The position numbers and the translations under genes are program-made. Shown in pieces: positions 1-12,630 of a stretch of DNA of 64,000 nucleotides (position 1 is the first letter of the stretch; each line of letters opens with the position of its first letter). Origin of the DNA: Phoronis australis. Lineage: Eukaryota; Animalia; Phoronida. The notes beneath the pieces were generated by a model, which was given only the letters and a program-made list of their open reading frames with translations, made no database searches and had not been told where the DNA came from. The stretch covers positions 421,006 to 485,005 of the forward strand of contig NMRA01000005.1 in the NCBI GenBank assembly GCA_002633005.1, read 5' to 3'.

Positions 1-238
1 TAGCTAGATTGTAATCAGCTGATCATATCCGCATGAGCGAAGCCAATTATCCTCGCTCGTGACTCGATGACTAGAGCAGCTTGGCGGCATCCCTTTGATC
101 GTGAGCCGAGCGCGACTCAGCCAAGGTGGATAAATACGGTCTAGTTCAATTTTCCATACCCCACCGTTTACCTTAACCACTGGGGTTAGGACCAATCTTA
201 GTTAGTGGGAATGTTCATAGCATGATTAGTGTCCCTAC

Positions 239-403
239 CTCCTGATGAACAGGTAACCTCCCTTCTGACTGAGGCTAGTGTTGACAGGTGAGACTGGCGC
301 GTCACCCTGGGGCTGGGGGTAGTACAGGTGATTACTCTGCGCCTCCAGGTTGTCCATCAGAGACACTGACCGCTGGGTCTGGGCTCCCATCTCATCATGC
401 ACT
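239..403 (-). CDS. APPL1: APPL exon 8 (end of BAR, linker, start of PH: VHDEMGAQ...SQKGGYLFIR)
   Basis: ttctag acceptor, gtaggg donor, 165 nt, phase 2-2; similar to APPL VRREMD...TRKAGYLNAR. Confidence 0.92.
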
Positions 404-3400
404 CTAGAAGACAAGGGTGCATAGTGAGCAAGGGTGACAACTACTTGTGGGAGACAAACGCCAGAGAATCAACTAAGAAAGATGGATTGACTGGGTGGCC
501 CAGGTGAACAAATTTATTTTTGGCTTTGAGTAAAGAACCATTTGTACTACATAGGCATGTTGCACTGAGTGAAGATATCCTGATATCAACTAGAGGGCAT
601 AGTCACTGAATGGCATGTGATCAGTCAAGCTTTTCCACCTTTGGGAAGAAAACTGATTCAGGCATAATATCCAATACTGTGTTGTCACACAATAATCAAC
701 AATAAAAACAAGACACTGTGCTTCATATTACGGCATTTTGATATTTGTCAATATCATCACATACTGTGAATACTGCGCTTCAAGGAAGTCACGCATTTCT
801 AAAGATTATGTAACTTTTCACTGCTGGTCCTTTTGAGCGGCTTTTACCAGGATCAAAGAGAGCGCGGCGCCGGTGTCAGGTACAGTTGTGATGACCGCAT
901 TGTATGGTATGAGCAAGACCCAATTAAGGGTAATATGGAGAACATAAACTGTTATACTATGGTTTTCGATTTTTAAAAATCGATGAACTAACAACTTAAA
1001 ATCTACAAACATTGAGTACGACTGAAGATAAACGACCATGCGTATTGATATACTCGGTGGATTTACAAGCGCTGAATCAGATCAGAGTTAACAATATCGT
1101 AACTATGGATTATTCTTTTAATATTCTTTCAATCTCGTTTAACCAGATTTTTACTAGGAAACAGTTGTCCTTAACTTGTGCCCACTCTTCATTTTTTTGT
1201 AACTGACAAAAAGCTAGAATAGTTACGTAGTCTGCTCAACCGAAATTTGAGTTCTAATAATGAAGATAAAACTTGAACTAATGACAGTCATGCAGTTTTG
1301 TTTGCTGTGAAATGTTAATCTGGAAACAAATAAAGTTTGAGTCTAATACTGGAATAAAAACTTACGAAATTAGCGATGTTGTGTCCGCATCTCACTGACT
1401 TCAGCTTGGCTTATGACGTTATCATTATTCTGGCCAGTTGGTGGTGTTTTAACCAGACGGCGTGGCATTGAAGTCAGAACACCATCCCATACATGTAACA
1501 AATCGAATCATAAACTGCCTCTTTTATTTTAAGAGGGACTCTTAATGCGCTCATGGAGAGCTTTATATAAAAGAGGCAGTTTAAGACTCCATTTGTCACA
1601 CGTATGGGATGGTGTTCTGACGTCAATGCCACGCTGTCTGGCAAAACGCCACCAACTGGGCACAATAACGTCACATGTGAAGTTGAAGTCCGTGAGATGT
1701 GGATGCAACGTCACTAATTTTTGTAAGCTTTTATTCTAGTATTAATATTAGACTCAAAGTTTTCTCAACTGGATGTCTCAAAATTATCATGCTCTTTATC
1801 TGGAAAGTTGAGGGATGGGTTCACAATTAGCTAAACCTAAGTTTCTCTGACGATGAAATTAACCACTGTTTTGGTAGTTCAAGTTTAAAAATAAAATATG
1901 AAGATATCAACCCGTTCCCTGTAAGAGTCAAGTAAACACTATACACTAAATGAGATAACGAAAACCAGTATGAAACTTTGGGAAGTTTTTTGTGAAGAGA
2001 AAGTAACACAAATTAACGTTTTTATTCATTTTGTAATACTTAAAATGTGCCAAAACTGCTCTCCACAGATGCAGAGAAAACCAATTTTGGTGTAATAACA
2101 ACCATAATTGTTGAGACAGTAGTGCTAGCGACCTTTCCACTTCATTAGCTCAGATCTACCTCAATACAAAGAGCAAGCTGAATAGGCATCATAAAAGTTG
2201 TACGAGGCTAAGAGAAACGGAGTGGTGACCAGTATAAGCGAGAAATTCTCCCCATGATCAGGAATATTACACAGTTGCAATAACATAGTCATACAAAGTA
2301 TACTGGATGATGATATTGAGAAATATCGAAACAATATGAAGCACAGTATCTTGTTGTTGTTATTTAACTTTCTATTGTCCATCTGGCCAAGATCTGACGT
2401 TATCAATGAAACGGTAATTGTGTTATATGGATTTCAGGCACACGGGTGGTCATGAATTGACACAAGATGAGTGCCATCATCTCACTTTACAGATTCGTGA
2501 ATCATTGCAACACAAAGAATATGGTGATCTTCCAACTCACTGTTGTGTACATGCAGAGATGTTGCATATGAAATCAGCCAAGTCCTTCCTATTGGCCAAC
2601 TCCGCCCCCATTTGAAAGAAGGACTTGTGGGCGTGTAGGAATCCAAGGAAAGGCTCCAAGAGAGCAAACTTTCTCTTGTACTGGAGAGAGTTGAGCGCGG
2701 AGAAATAGTGCAGAGTTGTCTGTAAGTGATCAGGAGACAACAGTGAGTTATCTACATGTATTAGAGGGACCTGTCTGTAAGAGATCAGGAAACAACATAA
2801 TGTACTGGAGAGAGTTGTCTGTAAAAAGATCAGAAGACCGTACATTGATGGTTAAAGTCTAAAGGTTTCTGTCCTGACTATGGCTTCAAGAGAAAAAAAT
2901 ATCCTGCCAGACTTAAAGATTTAGGAGACTGTGACCCCAGGTGACACATAGGAGTGAAGTATTTATTACTCAGCATTTAGGAGACTCTGACCCCGGGTGA
3001 TACATAGAAATGAAATATTTATTACTCAACATTTAGGAGACTGTGACCCCAGGTGACACATAGAAGTGAAGTATTTTATTACTCAACATTTAGGAGACTG
3101 TGACCCCAGGTGACACATAGAAGTGAAAACATACTCATTATTTTCGCCAACATTGCTAACAGAACTGATAAAAACAGTTTCCATTTTTCAGATTTCAGGA
3201 TTAAATTTGTGTTGATCTGAGTGAAATCTGAACCAATATGAGCTACCTGATGAAACTTCTTCCTGAAGGCAAACACTTCATCGTTGGCTTCCATCTTGAT
3301 TCTGTCATTGTCTTTCTTCTTTACTTTCATGTATCTAACTAACGCTTGCTCGTGTTCACTGGAGGCCATCTGAAACATCTCGCACATAGTGCTTACCTCT

Positions 3401-6400
3401 GTAATACACACAGCAACAGGTTACTATGGTAACATCACAGTACAAAAAACAAGGGCTGAAGTGACTACATCTCATGTATATCAATTAAAGAAACTTTCAA
3501 ACCATAGAACCAGCAAATGCATAAATTATGATGATGAGGACGAGAAACTCAGGAACATTAAGTTTCAAAGAGTTGTTTATCAAATTCATTTCCAATTTTG
3601 TGAATAACTGGACCCTGAGATCACATCCTCCATTTAATTGATTTTTTTTCATGTGTTCAATGGCATCATGCTTTGATAAGGCACCATTTTACATGAGACA
3701 TTTCTCGTCTGGATTATAATTTTTGATACATGAATCAAACTGGATGTCAAGACAACATACCACTGAGGTCAGCCTGGAGAAACTTGTTCAAGGGGAACAT
3801 CATGGCATCACTCAGTTGTGTGGCTAACACTTGCTGTGAAGAGTTGATCTGGAAATAGCACAGTGTAATCCATTATTAGAGGGACTTTACAAGAAGACTC
3901 CAACCCTTCATCTCCATGGTGACAGACAACTGGGGCATGTTATACAATGCTAGTCACTTTTAACACACTTTTTGTAAGAAATCTTAGTCGTCAGATGTAA
4001 ATGAAACAATGAGGTCATGAAGCATTTATCAAATAATTTGAAATTTCAGCGTCATTTTAATTGGTGACCATTCCGCTCATTACCCGCAACATTATAAGTA
4101 TTCCTCTTTTCACGCTACCAGTAATTCCACCATGGTGATGTTATGTTGCAAATCACAAGGACTTACTCTATATTAATGATGACGTAGCGTCTCCATCTCA
4201 GAGACTTCTACAGATCGACTGAAGCCAAAGTGCTAGCGTGTCGGCATTGGCGGGGATTATTGTCACGTGGATTGTGACTCAATTTCTTTGGTTGGCAATG
4301 CTACTCCACACAGCTGATACATTATGTCTTACTCCTACATGTCTGTCGAGGCTGGGGAACTCAATTCTCTAGTGTATTACATAACCAATCAACCCGCGTG
4401 ACAACAATACCCGCCAAGGCTGACACACCAGCACTTCGGCTTCAGCCAATCAGTAGAAGTCTCCAAGATGGAGACGATACATTATCACTGGCATACAGTA
4501 AGTCCAAAAATTGATTTATTTTGATTTACACTATGCCACAACTGGATGAGTAACGTACATTCAACTCATCTGTGATGTATTCTCATACCCCCAAGTCAGG
4601 TGACTTGCACCATTTTGCATTACTATGGAGCTGTTATACTTGATAGATTCTTTCAGTTATATTCCAATATGCCATTACCTTACATGATCATCTCACAGTA
4701 TTTTTATTTGATTTATATTTACATAATATTTATTTCTGTCAATACCGCCCGACAAATGACATTTGCCACTGAAGCCTACCCATGACTGGTTTTCAACTTC
4801 TGATCACAGCATATACATTAGGAGAACAACACAAACAATTATGCTGGAAATTCTTTATCAAGAAATGAGGATCAGGTTTTTATGGAAAGCTAGCGTCTGT
4901 CTTTCAAAAGCGAGCACATCCCTTTGCTTAAATAAACTGTGACACGAACAAAGTCAAAATAGAAATGGTGCAGCTATAGCTACAAAAGCACAAACCTCAT
5001 CAACAAAGTTGGCAAACTGCTTCAGAGTTGACGTTAGAATACTATCTTCTGTCTCAAATGGAAGTTTCTGAAACCAAATTAAAAAGCATTAGGTCACCAA
5101 TAACTCATAAGACGTCAAATGGCGTCAAAATCTTTACCTAGAGATGACGAGCTAGTAGATCAATATTAGAACATTCAACTATTGCTTATTGATACTTCAT
5201 CATCCGTTATACCATGTGGTGCTTGTTGAATGAAAAACAGTTATACCACATGGTGCTTGAATGAGATACAGTTATGCCATATGGTGCTTAAATGAGAAAC
5301 AGTTATACCACATGGTGCTTGAATGAGATACAGTTATGCCATACGGTGCTTGAATGAGAAACAGTTATACCACATGGTGCTTGAATACAAAACAATAATA
5401 CTGCACAGTGTTTGAATGAGAAATGGTTACACCGCATGGTGCTTGAATAAGAAACACTTATACCGCACGGTGCTTGAATGAGAAAAAAATTATCACATGG
5501 TGCTTGAATGAGAACAAATTATACATGGTGCTTGAATGAGAGACAATTATAGCACACTGTGCTTGAATGAGAAACAATTATACCACACGGTGCTTGAAAT
5601 CAATGAGAAACAATTATACCACACGGTGCTTGAAATCAATGAGAAACAATTACCACATGGTGATTTAATGAGAAATGCTGAGATACGAAGAGTTCTGTTA
5701 GAGTGCATTGATTGGATCCTTTAATCACATGCACAATCACAGCTATTAATTAAATCATTATGGACAACATTTTGTGAAATGTTTTCCACAAAATTTTTTC
5801 AAAGTTAACTCTTGACAATCTTCAACAGAACTCGACAATCAAACTTTAACACACTTCATGCTATAAAATATTTTTTGTTGCAATAGAACAGCACTGTTGT
5901 AATTTTTTTCCAGAGACAAGTAGACAGAAGCCTAGATGCAAAAGAAGTCCTTTTATAAGTCATAATTTAATCCAAAAGAATGTTACTGTCACAGCGTCTA
6001 ATGGCTAATTCTCGCAAATTGGATGTTATGCTAGTGGCTACTAGTACAGACTGTTTTTAAATGTCTTGCTTTACCATGATGAGATATTATCATATACTAG
6101 TACCTAGTTCACAATTGGTAGAACAATTTACCAATTGTAGCTTATTTTACAAGATGATAGTTAACCTGTACGAAGTTTTGTGTGATCCATCTTTCAGTAA
6201 CACTGGCAGTGGTAGTAGCTGAGAGAACACACAACACAAATCTGTAACTGGCCACATAGATTAACACAGTTTTACTTGAACAGTCACCTGATCAGTGGCA
6301 AGTGTGCTTTTGATATAATATCCAGTGTTGCCATGGTTATATTTTTCAAGGAATATTTTAACACGATATGTTAACAGTGATGTAGAAAACATCAGTCAAT

Positions 6401-9400
6401 TTTTTTCTGCCTGTAGCTATCGTGTACTAACAAAAAACATTGTCTTTCATTTTTGACCACTTGACAGGTATTATAAGAGGTAAATACAAAGGTGCAATTC
6501 TCAGTGAAGGGTAATATCACCTGGAGCAAACTCATTCCGCTATTTTGGCAATGGTGGAAATCTATATGCAGCACTCCAGATAAAATTTATACCAGGCGAA
6601 AAAAGGGTTTCCTTAAAGGACTTAATCAGAATATAAACAGCCACACTTTCCATCATCAAAACTCGACATCTGGTTTAAGAAAACATTAATCTAACGTGAA
6701 AAAAATTTAGCATTGGTTGTATTTTTCAAAATAAAATGGTAATCTATTAACAGCATTGTTCAGCCTACCTGAGCTTCATATGCAAGCAGGTGTTCGGATA
6801 AAGATTCGTATGCAGAACATAGTTCATTCTGAAACAATCACATCAATTTTACAGGTGAGTTATTGGAAGTAAGTTGAAGTAGATCGCCGATTCTTAAAAC
6901 ATGGCAAGCTGGCATCCAGATCATGAAATACATAATCATGTGTATTGGAAGTTCTCAAAATTTTGAAATATAACATGTTATGTTCCACATCTGCATCTAT
7001 GCACATAGATTACAGTAGCCTTCTAGTAGTCTTAATCTTCCAGTAGTCTTATGGCCTTAGTCTTATAGCCTTAGTCTTACTTAGTCTTATAGTAGTCTTA
7101 TAATAGTCTTACAAGAGTCTTGCAAGAGTCTTAGACACTAAATACTACCTAATGGAAGCTATAGCATACAACTACGAAGTGTTGGCACAACGCATCTTTT
7201 ATGAAAAAATATTGTGTCCTAAATTGGATCTGGGCTCCGTTTCCTGACACTACATAGTCTTAAGTTAGACTGAAATAACAATGCTATCATTCCACCACAT
7301 CACATTGCACTTGTTGAACAATGCTGTTGACATCATGTCAACAACCGAATCTGAGACTGAAACTTTCACGAAACGAAGATTTTTCTGACATACTGCATTC
7401 ACTCCCATGAAATTAAACTTGTCATTATGCTTGCCCTAAAAGCTGGCAATAGCGGGCTGTAGAAACAAACCTGCACTCGGAGAATCTTGTGACATCTTTC
7501 ATGTAACCCTTTGGAATAGCTCTTGAGTCCAAAAGCATCTCTCTCGAAAACACGCAAAAAGTTCCTGGTCTGAAAAGAAAAGAAAAACAAGACTCGACAT
7601 GCTGCTGCTGTAGTGCAAAAGCAATGCCACAGAAAACATGAAACATGCATTCAATTATATCTGCAGGGAAGTGAAATAATTTCATTAATTTTTCTTCGAA
7701 TAAAAGTCACAAAATGATGTTTCTAATTCCAAATCCAATTACATGTCAATGCAACGGTTGATTTTCCTGTCAGTGAACATGTTGAGCAGTAATTAAAATT
7801 ACTGAATAGTGTTTTAACACAGACATCATTATAATGTATCTACTGTTCACCTGAGATTTCTAAGCCAGAGGGACATTTAGAAACTGAAAATAAACCATAA
7901 TCCAGCCCCCCCCCCAGAATGCTGTCATTTGACACTGGATATCCAATTGTACCAAAGATCTAAATTATTAAACTTTACTGCAGCTTGAATCAAGTCTCTT
8001 TTAAATCATCTATTAATGTGTTGACCTGGATTACTAGACTGAATATCAATATCCATGACAACTTATATATGATAGCACCAGTCTGTTATTAACCTTTTGT
8101 AACACTGTCAATATGATGACCTTGTAATTGTATAACACAATGGTATTGATAGATAAATGTAATCACATCACATGAGTCTGACCAATACAGGCAGCACCTG
8201 ATATATCAAAACAACATCAGAATGCAAACTAATCCCCCCCAAAAAGGCAACTTACCATTAAAACCAAGCTCATACAATTTCAGATCAAACTGTGAACTAA
8301 AATTTCTTGAGGTTGGACCGTTGGAATCTTTTTCTTTCTGAGCCAAGAAATTACTTTTAAATTGAGTACTATAAGGAACAAGATACATAAGACTAATTTT
8401 ATAATGGTGAGAGGGCTCAATCAAACCTTTTTGGAAGAAAGCACGCTTTAACAGTATACATTGAAACTTAATGACTTATTTAATAATATTTTATTTTTCA
8501 TTGATGAATAAAGTCTTTTTTAACTAACTTTTAAATGAAGTATGCGAGTAATCATGTCTCAGGTGAGCCCACTCATTTAAACCAGACACACACATATCTG
8601 ATGGAAAGAATACAGACCTATATGCGTTCACATGGCAAATTACATCAGATGCTTGTCATCCCAGATCAACTGGGTGTCCACATGAGCTATCTACATCTGG
8701 TTACATGGGCAAAATGCAGTGCCCATGATTGTGTACTTCTTCAATCAGATGTGACACTATACTAAGACTCAGTTGACTGGCCACTAGTGGCACAGAACGA
8801 ATGAGGCTTCAAGGAAGGGAAGGCTGTCCCATTGTCTCCAAAGAGTATTTGTAATAAATTGTCACTTGTCTGACCATTCCCTACCGAAGCTGCATTCCCT
8901 AATATTGTAGTTTGTTCTAGCAATGGAAAGCTAATATTGTCATGGGTTCCCTGTACAAATGCATGCAGCCAATGTGAATGATTGAACGAACTCACAAAGC
9001 TGGCACAGTAACAACACACAGCCTGCGAAGTGTGCCTGGCCACAAACAGTATGAAGTAAAAGCTACATGCAATAAGTAATAAACAAATGAGTCATGTAGG
9101 CTATGAGAAACTGAGTGCAAGGTCTAGGTCACCACTGGTTACCTTTCCCTGACACAGTGCAAAAACACATGGACTATGGCCGTCTAGCAGCTCTTATCAT
9201 TTGACCTTTGACCCTGTGGAGGTTATTACAGCCATGTGACTAATGGTTCATCCTCCAAACACCAATTTAATAACCTGAATCTACATGCTGAATAAATTTG
9301 ATCAATAAGCTACCAGTTGCTACTTGGTATTGGTTAAAACTGACAAGTTTAATAGTCCATGCTGATGCTGATGTAAACTGTTAGTACCGTATTTAGCTCT

Positions 9401-12209
9401 AAACATAACAGCCAGTCACAATTTCTCAATCATGAACGATGAAAACCAAGTGGAAACTGACTTCAGAGCTAAAAAATCTCAGCAAGAACACCATGGATCG
9501 CGCCGCACAATTGACCAAAGTTGCCCAATATTTACACCCGCCCCCAGCCCTGTTTGCGAAACAAAAAATTGCAACTCAGATGATCTGAGAAACACTTTGG
9601 TGGGCGGGACAGGCTAGGGCCTCAGTGAGGTGATGAATTGTGGGTTCAAGCATTCAAAAGAAGTTAAAAGAAAATAATGACTATGATTTTATGTTTTAGG
9701 TTTAAAGGTGTTGAAAAATCATGAACTCAGTGAAAGTTGTATACTGTAAAAGCTGCTGAAGGACAGTGCAGTCAGTGGTTTCAACAACTTAAATCTATGT
9801 AGTTCACTGGGTCACCTGATGTGGCCAACAGATGGCGTGCTGACAAGACTTTTATGTTTGCGAGTTAAATCTGGTCTTCCCTTTCCTCTTGCACAATTTG
9901 CCTAAAGATAAAACTACAGAATTTCTTGCCACAACGATTAACATTCATGTGCTTGCTTGCTTACAACAATTAGCGTTACTTCTTTCCTCAGGACATGACC
10001 TCTTTTAATGAGTTGACTTAGGTAATTTGCATATTTATGACAAAAAACCATGAGGTCAGAAGTAGCCATTGTTCTGTTTGTGCATTTCTAATGAATCCTA
10101 ATAACCACAGGTAGTGATTTCCTCATGCATTGGTATCATTGTATTTTGTCGCACAGTGAAATAGTTGAACTCTACCAGTGGTTACATGTGAGACACTCCG
10201 AATGGTCAAAATGTGTTCGTGGTCACTCGGGATACAGTGCTCTATTTAGACAACAACTCTTACTTGACATACTTTATAAGCTAATTTATTTTCAATTCAT
10301 ATTTTAATTACTGTTGATGGTTCTAAAGTGGCATTCAAAACAGCATGAAAGTAGAACAAATCCAGTTACGCGGCCAATGTTATATGCCTTCAATGACTCT
10401 ACTTATAAACATTTGTTAGTCAGGGTGAAATGTGAAATAATAATTTATATAGGAGAATGTTATGCACTGAGTATATTTCAAAAACATACATACAGTCTAG
10501 GGGATGTTTTTGCTGTGTAAGCAGAACGTGAATGGAAGACACACAGTAGAAACTGCACTGTGTTTACCAGATTTTCATGCCAAAACATATGTCCAAAAAT
10601 GCCTTAGTTACATAGGTGTTAGGCTGTGGAATTTACTCCCTAATAATGTATGCATCGTAAATGATCTAAATGACTTGGTACGACACACTAACATTTTTTT
10701 GATAACTCACAGTCTAGGGAATGTTTTTGCTGTGTAAGCAGAACGTGAATGGAAGACACACAGTAGAAACTGCACTGTGTTTACCAGATTTTCATGCCAA
10801 AACATATTTCCAAAAATGCCTTAGTTACATAGGTGTTAGGCTGTGGAATTTACTCCCTAATAATGTATGCCTCGTAAATGATCTAAATGACTTGGTACGA
10901 CACACAAACATTTTTTTGATAACTCACTTGCGAGAAATATAAGACTGTATCATTTTAGACCAGAAGATAGTTATCCAATTGTTTTTTTCATGAATGTACA
11001 TCTTTAAAGTTTTCTTAAATCTGCTGTATAATTCTTCCTCAATTTCTGTCAGGGACTGGAAGCACATATGCTAATGTCTTATCTGTTCGTGAACCATACC
11101 AGCATAAATTTTTTACTGACTACTTACGTACTCTGGTTAGCTACACCAGATGGTCTGAAGTTTGAGCTGGGTCATTTGACCAAGTTATGTCACAGCCCAA
11201 TCAATGAGAGGAAAAAAATCAAAAAACAAAAAGGGGACTGATCAAATATAGTGGTCCATGATTTTGAAAACCATATGTTTAATCACTGAAAACCAAGCAT
11301 GTTATTCAGTGGATGAAACTGCTTACGCAAATCAGAGACCGCTACATTCAACAAGTGCCTGAAGAGTGAAGTTTATGCACAAAAAAATTGCTTCATTAAA
11401 CGTATGTTCAGAATCAAGAGGAGTTACTAAAGAACGTAAGTGCTTTATAGAGCTCTATCATTTTGCAGTATATCATATTTTTGACAGGGCCAAACTTCTT
11501 AATTTGAAGCAGTGAAGCAGTACTACTGATTCATCCTGCAAAATACACATTGCCTAAATAAATGCATAAGCAGCATAATAGGGGGACACCTATGAGACAA
11601 ACTATAGGGGCTGCCCAAGCAACTACTAAAGTTATTGTTCAGCTACCTGCATTGGAATGATAGACTTCACAAGTTTACTGTTGTTTGCACTCCATTACAA
11701 GTCTACTACTAACTACTAGTATGCAAAGCTGTGAGACAAATCGAGTATTTATGCAGCCTTTGCAATACAAGTAGCATATGGAAAATCTTCCCACACACTG
11801 CCAAATTCACTGCTTGAGGTTTTGGTTTTGATTAAACATTTTTTATTTCTTAATTGTCGGGGTTTATCTATTCTAGTTCTAGGTCAATAAACTAGGTCAA
11901 GCAAAACCTGCAACAAGCCCAAGAATAATTCAGGAATCAACCAGACGAGTTTTCAAAGTTGGTGCTAGGATTAACAAAGAACAAAATTTGATGACCATGA
12001 GATAAGCTTTAACTACAAAATTCTTCCAATATCAAGTGAATTATCTATGAAGTATGAAGCTGTTATTTATTTACGTGCATCCGGAACTGGCATCGATCGT
12101 AGAAAAAAGTTAATGAGCCAATTTTAAGCTGCCTCTTACGTGAAAAAAACATTACCTGGGGACTGTTTTCGAGAGCATCTTGAAGGTGAAGCTTTTCTAC
12201 GCCAGACAT
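239..12209 (-). CDS. APPL1: APPL1/APPL2-like adaptor (DCC-interacting protein 13; BAR-PH-PTB), exons 1-8; gene continues beyond the left edge
   Basis: Eight GT-AG exons splice in frame: 12156-12209, 7471-7569, 6769-6828, 4996-5067, 3761-3848, 3247-3398, 2541-2719, 239-403. The peptide MSGVEKLHLQDALENSPQ-TRNFLRVFERDA...LATQLSDAMMFPL...HYFSALNSLQYKRKFALLEPFLGF...KGGYLFIR matches the APPL BAR domain and start of the PH domain. Confidence 0.95.
2541..2719 (-). CDS. APPL1: APPL exon 7 (TTLHYFSALNSLQYKRKFALLEPFLGFLHAHKSFFQMG...)
   Basis: ttacag acceptor, gtgagt donor, 179 nt; lies within ORF 2537..2845. Confidence 0.95.
2919..3128. repeat. Minisatellite, about 56-57 bp unit x 3.7, in APPL intron 6
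   Basis: atttaggagact(g/c)tgacccc recurs at 2919, 2975, 3031 and 3088. Confidence 0.95.
3247..3398 (-). CDS. APPL1: APPL exon 6 (EVSTMCEMFQMASSEHEQALVRY...RKKFHQ)
   Basis: ttacag acceptor, gtagct donor, 152 nt; lies within ORF 3079..3411. Confidence 0.93.
3761..3848 (-). CDS. APPL1: APPL exon 5 (INSSQQVLATQLSDAMMFPLNKFLQADLS)
   Basis: ttccag acceptor, gtatgt donor, 88 nt. Confidence 0.93.
4159..4505. mobile_element. Palindromic MITE with long diverged TIRs (GG..CC termini, possibly PIF/Harbinger-derived)
   Basis: Left arm ggacttact...gtagcgtctccatctcagagacttcta...tgaagccaaagtgct mirrors right arm agcacttcggcttca...tagaagtctccaagatggagacgatac...agtaagtcc over about 110 bp; TSD imperfect (caa/aaa). 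Confidence 0.7.
4996..5067 (-). CDS. APPL1: APPL exon 4 (KLPFETEDSILTSTLKQFANFVDE)
   Basis: tttcag acceptor, gtttgt donor, 72 nt. Confidence 0.92.
5206..5672. repeat. Minisatellite, about 31 bp unit (gttataccacatggtgcttgaatgagaaaca), roughly 15 diverged copies
   Basis: Repeated (a/c)tggtgcttgaatgagaaa core; also seen as the repeated peptide in ORF 5536..5724. Confidence 0.95.
6769..6828 (-). CDS. APPL1: APPL exon 3 (NELCSAYESLSEHLLAYEAQ)
   Basis: tttcag acceptor, gtaggc donor, 60 nt. Confidence 0.9.
7020..7134. repeat. Degenerate simple repeat (tagtctta)n
   Basis: Many agtctt(a) units in tandem. Confidence 0.8.
7471..7569 (-). CDS. APPL1: APPL exon 2 (TRNFLRVFERDAFGLKSYSKGLHERCHKILRVQ)
   Basis: tttcag acceptor, gtttgt donor, 99 nt; lies within ORF 7399..7650. 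Confidence 0.92.
10371..10935 (+). mobile_element. 5'-truncated non-LTR retrotransposon (CR1/L2-type) ORF2 C-terminal remnant with an internal 217-bp tandem duplication
   Basis: KTYVQKCLSYIGVRLWNLLPNNV resembles the CR1/L2 ORF2 terminal SFSY.G..LWN.LP motif; acagtctaggg recurs at 10492 and 10709 with near-identical units. Confidence 0.75.
12156..12209 (-). CDS. APPL1: APPL exon 1 coding part (MSGVEKLHLQDALENSPQ)
   Basis: ATG at 12209, gtaatg donor, 54 nt; similar to APPL1 MPGIDKLPIEETLEDSPQ. Confidence 0.93.
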
Positions 12210-12485
12210 GATACTCGCTTACGAAATTTTCCACCTTACAGGGCTAAAATTTGTTTACATTTCCCCCAGGTTCTTCCCACTTGCAGATGTTGTTCCCAGT
12301 ACTTCCGGTGGAAGCAATTCGATTATAAATAAGTTAGCAGTAAAAGGTTACTGCATCACAAAAAATATTTCTAAAATTATCAAATAAAATTACGGAAAAT
12401 TTCGTTCATTTGGAAAATTATTGTTTTCAACTTTAGCTGTCGATGACAATATTTTTTGTTTCCGCCGCCTGACGTCACAAGCAAA
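12210..12485. promoter_or_regulatory. Compact bidirectional promoter/5'UTR region shared by APPL and PSMD6
   Basis: Divergent ATGs 276 bp apart; ETS/GABP-type acttccggtggaag at about 12302; CRE palindrome tgacgtca at about 12470; locally CpG-richer than flanks. Confidence 0.75.
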
Positions 12486-12630
12486 ATGCCGGTGGAAAAT
12501 TTGGAAGAAGAAGGGTTAGCTAAGAACCCCAACTTGGAACTTGCCCAGTGGCGCTTTATGCTGGGAACACATGAAAATAAGAACAATGGGAAAATAAAGA
12601 GTGAATTGATGGAAGCAATCAAGACTGACC
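12486..12630 (+). CDS. PSMD6: PSMD6 exon 1 coding part (copy adjacent to the promoter)
   Basis: ATG 12486, gtgagt donor at 12631, 145 nt. Confidence 0.93.

Noticed and set aside
5206-5672. About 31-bp periodic repeats as a CRISPR-like array
   Set aside because: Head-to-tail units with no unique spacers, in a eukaryotic intron, with no cas genes; this is a minisatellite
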